Of a stretch of DNA of 30,112 bases, positions 14,453-22,675 are shown in pieces. The stretch is taken from positions 1 to 30,112 of the IMG/VR virus record IMGVR_UViG_3300030372_001278; one strand, written 5' to 3'. The notes under the pieces were generated by a model. It made no database searches and was not told the DNA's origin. It saw only the letters and a program-made list of their open reading frames with translations. The DNA is from a virus (taxonomy: Duplodnaviria > Caudoviricetes). The position numbers were made by a program, and so were the translations under genes. Numbering within the stretch: position 1 is the first letter of the stretch; the number at the start of each line of letters is the position of its first letter.

Positions 14453-16440
14453 TATTGCAGGTCAAATCCCTGTTGTAAAGCTTTTTCTCTTGTAGCTGTA
14501 AAAAACTCTGAAGCATTTTCATCAAGTTCTATTTTCACTTTTACTTCTTCTTCTCCATTTCCATTTCCATTTTGATTACCATTACCACTTTGTAATTCAT
14601 CAAGTAATTTTTGTAAAGCAGGATCTAATGGAATATCGCCGGGATCTGGTGTTGGATCTGGTGGTGTAAACTCAATTGTTGGAATATCTCTTAATCTTGC
14701 TTGAGCATCTGCTAACCTTTCTGCAGCTCTTGCAAAATTATTGAATTCTCTTGCTCTTTCATCCAAACCCTGTATCTCAGCTATACCACTTAATACATCT
14801 AAATTAGCTGCTATAAATGGATTTAACTTTTGATTAGCAGATAAAATTTTCATAAATTCTTTATCTGCAGCTAATTCTTTGAAAAGTTCATTTTGTTCGT
14901 TTAGTTTTATATATTGATCTACTTGTTCTTCAAAAGAATCTGTAACTGCATCTATTTTTGGTTTTAACTGATCTTCTATATCTGTAAGCTCTTTTTTAGC
15001 ATCTCTTAGTTCTTCAGATTCTCTTGTAAGTTCAAACTCAACTAATCTAAGTTTTTCAGTAGCTACCGCTAATTCTTCACTTACATTTACACCTTTATTC
15101 TGAAAAAATAAAAGTTCTTGAATTTGTGCTTGTAATTGTTTTTTTTGTAATGTTTCTTCAGCTGTAGCTAGAGCTTCTTTTCTTTGAGCTTCTGTAACTC
15201 TGTCTCTTGCATCTGTTAAGTCATCCTCTGCGGTTGTTAGATCTTCATCTTCTCCTGTAAGTACAGAAATTAATTCTAAATAAGTCTTTAGTTGAGGAAT
15301 AGATTTCTTTTGTAGTTGTGTATCAAACTTCTCAAAAGCAGTTCTTTGTAAGTTAGTTTCATTTCTTGATTTTCTCTTTTCATGATTAAGTAAAGCTTCT
15401 GTAACTATTCTTTCTGTTGTAAGTGGCATTGAAGCTTTTACTGCTTCGTTAAATTCTCTTTGTTCTTGTGCAAGTTCTGACATATTGAAGATAAGATCAA
15501 TTAAGTTTCCATCTGTATCTGCAATACGATCTAACGCTAAGAATAAAGTAGTAACACCATTGGCAATAGTTCCAAAAGCGTCAACAATACTTGGGCCAAC
15601 ATTATCAATAAATTCTCTAAATGTTGGTAACATTTCTGCTAATGCTGGAATTAATTCATCTCCAATTTCTTCTTTAAGTTCTCTTAATTCAGCCCCAGCA
15701 GCTCTTGATTGATTAGCAAAAGAGTCTAAAGTTCTGTCTAAGTCGCCAATTTGAACTCCTGCTTTTTCTTGAATAAGAGTCAATGTAGCTAATGCTTTTT
15801 CTTGTCTTGTAAGTGCATCAGCACTTGTTTTTCCTGTTTGTTCAAAAGCTTTTGTTTGAACTTCTGCCTCAACAATAGCGATACCATAGGTTTTAAGTGC
15901 TTCTCGCTCACCTACAAGAGCAGATCTAAAAGCGTTCAAAACTGGTTCAGCACCTGCAGATATGTTAGAAAAAGACGCAACATCAGCAGCAATCTTTGTA
16001 AGTGAAATAGAAAGATCTGCTGATTCTTCTTGTGTAAATCCTATACCCTGTGCAACAGCACCTAATGTTGCCTGTAATTGTTGAGCTTCTCCAACAGTTA
16101 AACCTGCTTTATTAGCAAAGTTTTCTAAGAACTTTGTAGCTCTATCTGCTGCTGTTCCAAATGTTGTTTCAAAAGCCGCTGCAGCTTCTTCTGCTGATAC
16201 AGCTGCATTTATTGCTTCTTTAGAGAAATCAAACAAAAGTTTTCCAGCAAATATTGCCCCACCTGCTACTGCTGTTTTTTGAAGTCCAGACATACTTTTA
16301 CCAAACCTTTGGTTTGAAGTAGTAGTGTTGTTTACTTCATTATCAAGATCTCTTGCGGAGTTTGATACCTTATCTAAACCTCTAGAAGTCTTATCTGCTC
16401 CTGTAAGTTTGAGGATCATCTCTAGTGTTGCACTAGCCAT
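14452..16440 (-). CDS. Tape measure protein
   Basis: 662 aa, Ala-rich/coiled-coil; AADVASFSN, ALVGEREALKTYGI; position after chaperones. Confidence 0.9.
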   Translation of the reverse strand: MASATLEMILKLTGADKTSRGLDKVSNSARDLDNEVNNTTTSNQRFGKSMSGLQKTAVAGGAIFAGKLLFDFSKEAINAAVSAEEAAAAFETTFGTAADRATKFLENFANKAGLTVGEAQQLQATLGAVAQGIGFTQEESADLSISLTKIAADVASFSNISAGAEPVLNAFRSALVGEREALKTYGIAIVEAEVQTKAFEQTGKTSADALTRQEKALATLTLIQEKAGVQIGDLDRTLDSFANQSRAAGAELRELKEEIGDELIPALAEMLPTFREFIDNVGPSIVDAFGTIANGVTTLFLALDRIADTDGNLIDLIFNMSELAQEQREFNEAVKASMPLTTERIVTEALLNHEKRKSRNETNLQRTAFEKFDTQLQKKSIPQLKTYLELISVLTGEDEDLTTAEDDLTDARDRVTEAQRKEALATAEETLQKKQLQAQIQELLFFQNKGVNVSEELAVATEKLRLVEFELTRESEELRDAKKELTDIEDQLKPKIDAVTDSFEEQVDQYIKLNEQNELFKELAADKEFMKILSANQKLNPFIAANLDVLSGIAEIQGLDERAREFNNFARAAERLADAQARLRDIPTIEFTPPDPTPDPGDIPLDPALQKLLDELQSGNGNQNGNGNGEEEVKVKIELDENASEFFTATREKALQQGFDLQ

Positions 16441-16632
16441 TTATCTTCTCCTCAATTTTGATTTCGCGTTTTGTTCTGTAATCATCTTCTGTTCTTTTTT
16501 TTGTTTATCTAAGTAGTATAGTTTCCAATATTCAAACTCCTGAACTGATAAGTTCTTTCTTAACTGATCTACTGTCATTCCAAGATCAAGAGCTAATCTA
16601 AACTCAAAAGATATTTCTTCATTATTCTTGAA
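16441..16632 (-). CDS. Tail assembly chaperone extension (gpT-like), reached by frameshift
   Basis: Manual: FKNNEEISFEFRLALDLGMTVDQLRKNLSVQEFEYWKLYY...RRR*; LAxxLGMTV...EF..W is typical of gpT; lies in the +1 frame of the upstream gene. Confidence 0.75.
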   Translation of the reverse strand, partial: FKNNEEISFEFRLALDLGMTVDQLRKNLSVQEFEYWKLYYLDKQKKEQKMITEQNAKSKLRRR

Positions 16633-16975
16633 ATTGTTCAGCTACAGAAGCTTGATCCTCCTTTGTCCATGCCATACACTTGTACACACCTAAAAGAATC
16701 TGATCTATTATTTGTGGTGTTGCGTTTGAATAAAACTTATCAACATCTTCTAATGTATCTAATTCAGGATCTTTCATTCCTTTCATTAGTAGATATTTTT
16801 CAAACAATACATCATCTCTAATACCATCTTCGTTTTCTGATAGTAGATTAATTTGTACTGTATCTGCTTTAGTTAAACCTGTAACAATAACAGATTTATT
16901 CCACATTTCTAGTTCAACTTCCTGTTCTTTTAGAGCAGGAGGATTAGAAATATCTTCAATCTTTAACCTTTTCAT
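16622..16975 (-). CDS. Tail assembly chaperone (gpG-like)
   Basis: 117 aa between tail tube and tape measure; SD AAGGAG. Confidence 0.8.
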   Translation of the reverse strand: MKRLKIEDISNPPALKEQEVELEMWNKSVIVTGLTKADTVQINLLSENEDGIRDDVLFEKYLLMKGMKDPELDTLEDVDKFYSNATPQIIDQILLGVYKCMAWTKEDQASVAEQFQE

Positions 16976-17006
16976 ATAGATCTCCTTTTTATAGACTATC
17001 TATATT

Positions 17007-17414
17007 TTACGCGGTGCCTTCTGTAATATCGCCTGTTAATTGAAAAGTTGCACCAAATCCTACTGCACCTGCTATATCTGGTGTTCTGTCGTAGGCTGTT
17101 AGTATTGCTTTTCCACTAGCTTTTGGATTTCCTCCGGTAGTTCCTATTGGATAGAACTCAAAATCAACTTCTGATCCAAGAATACCTGTGAAATAACCAT
17201 TAACAGTAGCATCAAATGTTCCTGTTAAGGTTATTGAGCCATCCTTAAGGCCTGACACAAAAGCTTTGCTGGAATTGCTGAACGCGCTAACTTCGCTTAC
17301 ATCAGCTGTTCTAGAAACTGCTACATCTGTAAGAACATTAGAAATATCTCTTATAGTTCCACCAGAATCATCAAACTTAAATGCTGCGTTCTTTCCATGT
17401 GTGAATGTTGGCAT
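17007..17414 (-). CDS. Major tail (tube) protein
   Basis: 135 aa; EVSAF...FVSGLKDGSITLTG.FD, GKAILTAY, FQLTG pattern. Confidence 0.8.
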   Translation of the reverse strand: MPTFTHGKNAAFKFDDSGGTIRDISNVLTDVAVSRTADVSEVSAFSNSSKAFVSGLKDGSITLTGTFDATVNGYFTGILGSEVDFEFYPIGTTGGNPKASGKAILTAYDRTPDIAGAVGFGATFQLTGDITEGTA

Positions 17415-17423
17415 TATTCTCCT

Positions 17424-18143
17424 TTATATTCCCTGTCCAAAACTGATAGCAACTGTAAAACTAGGAGTTGATCCTCCTATTGTCAAAACAGCTCTTGCGT
17501 ATCGTGCTGGATTGCTTGTACTTGTCTTATATTCAGATCCCACTGCTGTTTTCTGACTAAATGTTATGTAATCAGAAAATGAAGCGTTATCTGCACTTGT
17601 TTGTATTTTGGCGTCTAATGTTGGAGAAGATCCACTTGCTGCTGTTACATGCAAGACTGCTCCACCTCCATTTGTACCTGCTGCCCCAAAATCAACTGAT
17701 GTTTCAGTTGAAGTAGTAGTAAAAGCTGCTGGAGCAACCAGACTCTTACCATCAAAAGTATCTGTATCAAATTGGAAAGCAACCGCAACCGAAACAACAC
17801 CAGCTATATCTGCTGATCTGTCGTATGATGTCTCAACTACTTTTCCTAAAGTAATCGGATTCCCTCTCACATAACTTACTGGTGCAATTGAGAATGCTGA
17901 TCCAGAACCACCTAATTGAGCAAGGTATTCTGCATCTGAATCCGGACTTGATGTCTCAAAGTAGCCGCTAGCGGTTGCCTGACCATCTTTAAGGCCAGAA
18001 ATAAAAGTTTTTGAAGATGAACTGAATGTACTTGTTTCACTAACATCTGCTGAAAGAGATACTGATACATCAGTTAATGTTGTTGATAAGTTTGTATTAT
18101 CAAGAATTATTACTGCATCTTTACCATGACTAAATGTAGGCAT
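17424..18143 (-). CDS. Second tail-tube paralog with extra C-terminal beta domain
   Basis: N-terminal ~125 aa align by eye with the 135-aa gene (MPTFxHGK, SGLKDG, YDRxxDIAG); extra ~110 aa. Confidence 0.75.
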   Translation of the reverse strand: MPTFSHGKDAVIILDNTNLSTTLTDVSVSLSADVSETSTFSSSSKTFISGLKDGQATASGYFETSSPDSDAEYLAQLGGSGSAFSIAPVSYVRGNPITLGKVVETSYDRSADIAGVVSVAVAFQFDTDTFDGKSLVAPAAFTTTSTETSVDFGAAGTNGGGAVLHVTAASGSSPTLDAKIQTSADNASFSDYITFSQKTAVGSEYKTSTSNPARYARAVLTIGGSTPSFTVAISFGQGI

Positions 18144-18391
18144 TATTCAGACTCCTCCCATGCTTCATTTTCTGGAGTTGTAGGATCATCTGGTTTGAAA
18201 CTACCATCTTCATTTCTTGCTCTCTTTTTCTTTGTTGTACTTTTTTTCTTACTATCAAATTTTACTGCTGCATTGTTCTTTATCAAACTTTTAGCTATTT
18301 TATCAGGTACATCTACAACATCTCCTGACTCTACTCTTACCTCTTCATCTCCATCTGGATAATTACTTCCAACTAAAATTTCTATTTTCAT
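18143..18391 (-). CDS. Hypothetical virion-module protein
   Basis: 82 aa; GDVVDVPD..AKSLI and RARNEDGSFKPDDPTTPENEAW. Confidence 0.7.
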   Translation of the reverse strand: MKIEILVGSNYPDGDEEVRVESGDVVDVPDKIAKSLIKNNAAVKFDSKKKSTTKKKRARNEDGSFKPDDPTTPENEAWEESE

Positions 18392-18798
18392 CCTATTACC
18401 TCAATATTAAATGTAACTCCAAGAAATGATGTACCCTGTGATACTTCATATTCTCCATAATCTGTTGCTGATACCACTCTAACAGACATTGCAGCACCTC
18501 CCAAAGTTATATCTCCCTCAATTGCTGCCTTAATACTTGAACCACCTGAACTCGCTAGGAATGAATCAAGACTATCTTGAGCCATCGCTGCATCTACTTT
18601 TTGAATGTAAAGTATTACAGGTATTTCATAAGTATCACTACCTCTCTGCATTGTTGAATCAAAGTTAAGAGTATTGAATGGTGCTATAATAACTGCTGGA
18701 GGATCAAGAAAATCAGGAACAGTATCATATACTGTAAGTCCTGAAACTGTTTCTAATCTTGTTTTTAATCCATCTCTGATACTTGAAAATGTAGCCAT
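18388..18798 (-). CDS. Tail terminator / completion protein
   Basis: IRDGLKTRLETVSGL.VYD..PD...PPA, SIKAAIEGD.TLGG; position before tail tube. Confidence 0.7.
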   Translation of the reverse strand: MATFSSIRDGLKTRLETVSGLTVYDTVPDFLDPPAVIIAPFNTLNFDSTMQRGSDTYEIPVILYIQKVDAAMAQDSLDSFLASSGGSSIKAAIEGDITLGGAAMSVRVVSATDYGEYEVSQGTSFLGVTFNIEVIG

Positions 18799-19352
18799 TA
18801 ATTTACTGCCTTTGCTATATCTTGTGATATTCTTTCTAACATTTTATCCAATTCATTTTTTATCTCATCTTGTTTTTCAAAGACAACACCTCCAATGAAT
18901 GGCTTCATTTTCAAACCTCTTTGACTAATAGCTCTTGCTACTAAGAAAGCATTTAGTTTTGGATTACCTCTTGCTGCCCATTTTGCTAATCCTGATCCCT
19001 TTTTATATGGTGGAAAGAATGGTTTTGTTTTCTTTATTGGTTTAAAACTTCTAAATATAGGTTTACCATGTATAAAAATTGCTGTTTTTGAATTAGAAGC
19101 TAACTTGATTCCCTCACTCATCCTTAATCTATTTGTATTACCAAGTTTTGCAACAAAGATAGAATCTCTTGTTTTACCTGTTGATTTACTTGATTTTGAT
19201 TGAGGAGATGGTGGAAGTCGTAATCTATCTAAAGAATCTTGTTTTAACTCTCTACCAAGTTTGTTAAATGTTTGTACTGATCTTTTGTTAAATATTGTTT
19301 GACTGTTAATGGATCTACTTAAATCTAAAGCACCTTTGATTGTAAGTTTCAT
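18798..19352 (-). CDS. HK97 gp10-like neck/tail completion protein
   Basis: Basic; TGKTRDSI, RAISQRGLKMKPFI. Confidence 0.65.
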   Translation of the reverse strand: MKLTIKGALDLSRSINSQTIFNKRSVQTFNKLGRELKQDSLDRLRLPPSPQSKSSKSTGKTRDSIFVAKLGNTNRLRMSEGIKLASNSKTAIFIHGKPIFRSFKPIKKTKPFFPPYKKGSGLAKWAARGNPKLNAFLVARAISQRGLKMKPFIGGVVFEKQDEIKNELDKMLERISQDIAKAVN

Positions 19353-20041
19353 GCTCCATAAATCCTATTCCTGTTTATTTGTGTAACACCTACATAAGGC
19401 CTTCCAGATGCAAGAACCATTGTTGTTTTTTTAAACTTTTTACATAAAGTTTGAACATCCGGATCAAGTTCAGATAGAAATATAACAGGAGCTTGGCCTG
19501 TTTCTGGATTGCCACTAAATCCCATTGGACTATTCTTTCTTTGAAAAAATCTTGATGCTTGTATTAATGTTGCTTGTTGAATAGCTGCTGGAACTGTCTC
19601 TGATCCTGATTGTGTTGGAAAACCAAACTTTGCTGTTACTTTGATCCCTCTTGGATGTTTTGTTGGTAATATCTTTCCTGTTACTTCAATAGCCATAACT
19701 ATCTTATCAAAAGGCATCTTTGGATCTTTTTGGTTTGCGTTCTGTGGATATAAAAAAAAGTCGGTATCTAGTGTCAAAGTTTCATCATCTGAACCATCTG
19801 AATTTAATGTTTTAACTACAAGATTAGTTGTTGTAGCTATATCATCAATCATTACATAATCACTAAATTCACAATCAAAGAATCTATCTTGTACATCAGT
19901 TTGATAAAACACTCTTCCACAAAAGTCATCAATTGCTGCTGATGCTGCATCTAATGCGAAATCTAAGTTGTTATCTTGAGCAGTACCGGACATACCTAAA
20001 AAGGTTTTTAATTCACTCTTTTCTATGTACTGATGGCTCAT
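19349..20041 (-). CDS. Head-tail connector (gp6/gp15-like adaptor)
   Basis: Y....ELKTFLG, AASAAIDDFCGR.F, VTAKFGF...VPAAIQQATLIQASRFF. Confidence 0.8.
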   Translation of the reverse strand: MSHQYIEKSELKTFLGMSGTAQDNNLDFALDAASAAIDDFCGRVFYQTDVQDRFFDCEFSDYVMIDDIATTTNLVVKTLNSDGSDDETLTLDTDFFLYPQNANQKDPKMPFDKIVMAIEVTGKILPTKHPRGIKVTAKFGFPTQSGSETVPAAIQQATLIQASRFFQRKNSPMGFSGNPETGQAPVIFLSELDPDVQTLCKKFKKTTMVLASGRPYVGVTQINRNRIYGA

Positions 20042-20099
20042 CTAACTCCAAATCTAACTCATCATCTAGATCATCCAATAATGGATCATCAAACCACAT
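20013..20099 (-). CDS. 28-aa acidic micropeptide
   Basis: Manual: MWFDDPLLDDLDDELDLELDEPSVHRKE*; starts 3 nt after the upstream stop and fills the gap. Confidence 0.45.
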   Translation of the reverse strand: MWFDDPLLDDLDDELDLELDEPSVHRKE

Positions 20100-20102
20100 T
20101 GT

Positions 20103-20297
20103 TTATTTGTTTTCTTTTGGTTTTACTGCTTTTGTTTCTGGTTTCTTTGTAGATTTTTTAGTAACACCTTTAGGAATTTCATCTCCCATTCCTGCTACTA
20201 ATACTCCAGATGTAAATGGACAATCTTTTGCCTGTACCATTTTTCCTGTTGCGTTATCTTTCCAAACCATTTGGTTTTCTTTTTCTACAATTTTCAT
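20103..20297 (-). CDS. Small basic head-associated protein
   Basis: Track ORF 20103..20375; ATG 20297 (MKIVEKE) follows AAGGA and avoids the hairpin; Lys-rich tail ETKAVKPKENK. Confidence 0.7.
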   Translation of the reverse strand: MKIVEKENQMVWKDNATGKMVQAKDCPFTSGVLVAGMGDEIPKGVTKKSTKKPETKAVKPKENK

Positions 20298-20322
20298 ATT
20301 TTTATCCTTTTCCTTATGGATT

Positions 20323-20367
20323 GCAGAGTCAATAACTTGTGTATTTAATACAAAACTATGACTCTGC
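20323..20367 (-). promoter_or_regulatory. Long RNA hairpin directly downstream of the capsid gene
   Basis: gcagagtca (20323-31) / tgactctgc (20359-67) plus inner tgtat/ataca pairing. Confidence 0.6.
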
Positions 20368-20379
20368 TTTTCCATAAAT

Positions 20380-21609
20380 TTATTCTATATCGTTGATTCT
20401 TGTGAATGCCTGTGGTTTATATACAGCTAATGCATATCGTAATGATGCTTTGACTGTTAATATATCTTTTCCGAAGTCTCCATCTGCAGCGTTCTCTGAA
20501 ATAGATAGTTCCATTCCTCTTCTGAACACATGATTTGCAGCTAAAGATCCTCCGAAAGCACCTACAACTACATCAATTGTAGTTCCAACTGCTCCACCGA
20601 TTTGAGATGATTTAGTAACAGGTAATCCCCAAATTGTTGGAACTCCAGCTAATGCTGATGCACCCAACATAAAGTTGTTGTTACCATCTACTTGCGCTAC
20701 TAAAGCGTTGTAAGCTGCTGGACTCATTAATACTGCGTCCGGACTTAACTTACCATTTACCTCAATATCTTTTATACCATCCAGAATTGTTCTCAACTTA
20801 CCTCCAGCTGTTGCTGGGAAAGCTCCTGCTGTGTATGTAATTGTATTAATACCAGCGTGTTGAGTTAATCCTCTAATATTTGGGGCAACCGCTCCACCGA
20901 TTAAGAATTGCTTCTCTAATCTTTGCATAACATGATTAGCTAATCTGCCATCAAAATATGCTTGTGCACCAGCTTGATCTTCAAGTAACTCTGCTGTTAT
21001 TGGAAGAGTTGTAATGAATTTTGAAATTGGTGCAGTAACTGCTGTGTAAGTGAATGCATCTTCTGGTGCAGCACTATTTTCAGCTTTTTCTGCAGCGTTG
21101 TTTGTTGCTCCCTCTTGTAAGAAGTAATAAGTTGTTTGATCTGTATTTATAGAATCTACAAGATCTAATGCTGGATTAGGATCTGGTTCTATCGCAGGAA
21201 TAACCTGTTGATAGATAGTATCTCTAGTCCATACAGAAGTAGTTACAGTAGTTTTTGTTTCAAATGGAATATTTGTTAATCCATGATCTACGAAACTTTT
21301 GTACGCATTAGATTCAAGAAACTGTTGTCCAAGTGATTTTGGTGTCTCAACTACTGGTTCTTGATAGATAGGAGCAGTTTTAGCTACTTTCTCTTCTACC
21401 TCTTCTTTTTTGTTAGATTCTTTAATTTCCTCTAACTTTTGTAATTCAGTAATTGAATCTCCAATATCTGCAAGTTCTTGGTTTCTTCTTTTAATTTCTT
21501 CTTTTTGATCGGATGATAGTTCTGACATTTCTTCAACAGAATCAAAAATACCTGCTAATTCTTCCGATTTAGCAGTCTTTTCGTTTCTAAGTTCTTTTAA
21601 TGTTGCCAT
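20380..21609 (-). CDS. Major capsid protein, HK97 fold with N-terminal delta domain
   Basis: Coiled-coil N-terminus, KSLGQQF.ES, AEKAE, ITAELLED, IWGLPV, ALAVYKPQAF. Confidence 0.95.
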   Translation of the reverse strand: MATLKELRNEKTAKSEELAGIFDSVEEMSELSSDQKEEIKRRNQELADIGDSITELQKLEEIKESNKKEEVEEKVAKTAPIYQEPVVETPKSLGQQFLESNAYKSFVDHGLTNIPFETKTTVTTSVWTRDTIYQQVIPAIEPDPNPALDLVDSINTDQTTYYFLQEGATNNAAEKAENSAAPEDAFTYTAVTAPISKFITTLPITAELLEDQAGAQAYFDGRLANHVMQRLEKQFLIGGAVAPNIRGLTQHAGINTITYTAGAFPATAGGKLRTILDGIKDIEVNGKLSPDAVLMSPAAYNALVAQVDGNNNFMLGASALAGVPTIWGLPVTKSSQIGGAVGTTIDVVVGAFGGSLAANHVFRRGMELSISENAADGDFGKDILTVKASLRYALAVYKPQAFTRINDIE

Positions 21610-21619
21610 TATTTTTCTC

Positions 21620-22675
21620 CTATTGGTTTTTGAAAATGTTCTTTTGAACCTCTAAAAAAAGTTCATCATCTGAAATCTGATCATAACCATACACCTCTAA
21701 GACATCATCCAACCTGTTATAGACTGAAGTCAATCCCTCTAAGTATTTGTTTATCAAATCTGTTGACTTTGAACTTAATGTTTTCTTTTCAGAATTTCGT
21801 AGAAGTGCAAGATCTTCTATTCGTTCTATCCATGCTTTTATCTCCTGTAAAGAAGATTCTGCATGTTCTTCAAGTCTTTTTCCCTGTTGAGAAGAAAGTC
21901 CGATACCTGTATCAGATTCACTTGAAATCTTTCCTGCATAAGTCAATGATGGATTATCTTCTGACTCATGCTCTTGACCTGTAATTCTTGTATAGTCATC
22001 CATATTTGAACATGGCATATAAACTGTTTCGCCTTCCATTGTATGTTCATGTGATCCAGAACATCCTAATTGTTCAGCTCTTGCCTCAGCTTCCTCTTTT
22101 GTTGTGTACATATCATTACCTAAAGCTCTTTTTTCTTCTGGTTCTTCTTCTGGTTTCTCTTCTTCCATTTGATCTAGACCAGACTTTAATGCTTGTACAA
22201 ATGAGTTTTGTTGAGATCCAACAAGAACAGGAGATACCTCCCATACTTTTACATCCTTTAAAACTCTTACTGGTACTTCATCTCCTTTAGAATCAGTTGC
22301 TGTTGATGTTTCAGAATCTATAACTTGAAATCCATAAGAAAACTGTTGCATATCTTCCATTTGTTTGACTGTTTCATAAGCTTCTCTACCTGCTGTTGTA
22401 TCTAAGAAATATCCTTTAAAAACTGCTTTTTGGTTATCTGATTCAATAACTCCTCTTCCTATTACTTTACTCCACTCATGATTCCAGACTAAAGGAACTT
22501 TGTTCCCATCATATCCAGATTTAAGAGCTCCTGCTTTTGTAATATCGTTATCTGAATCAACTGTATCAAATAATGAAAAAACAGCCTCTAGATACCTTTT
22601 ATCCCCATCTTCTTTTAATTCAATAGAAGATTTTTTATAAACCAAATCCTCTGGTTTCTTATTCTCTTTACTCAT
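21620..22675 (-). CDS. HK97-type prohead protease with C-terminal extensions
   Basis: VDSDND, LVWNH, IG, QFSYGF, VWEVSPV catalytic motifs. Confidence 0.9.
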   Translation of the reverse strand: MSKENKKPEDLVYKKSSIELKEDGDKRYLEAVFSLFDTVDSDNDITKAGALKSGYDGNKVPLVWNHEWSKVIGRGVIESDNQKAVFKGYFLDTTAGREAYETVKQMEDMQQFSYGFQVIDSETSTATDSKGDEVPVRVLKDVKVWEVSPVLVGSQQNSFVQALKSGLDQMEEEKPEEEPEEKRALGNDMYTTKEEAEARAEQLGCSGSHEHTMEGETVYMPCSNMDDYTRITGQEHESEDNPSLTYAGKISSESDTGIGLSSQQGKRLEEHAESSLQEIKAWIERIEDLALLRNSEKKTLSSKSTDLINKYLEGLTSVYNRLDDVLEVYGYDQISDDELFLEVQKNIFKNQ

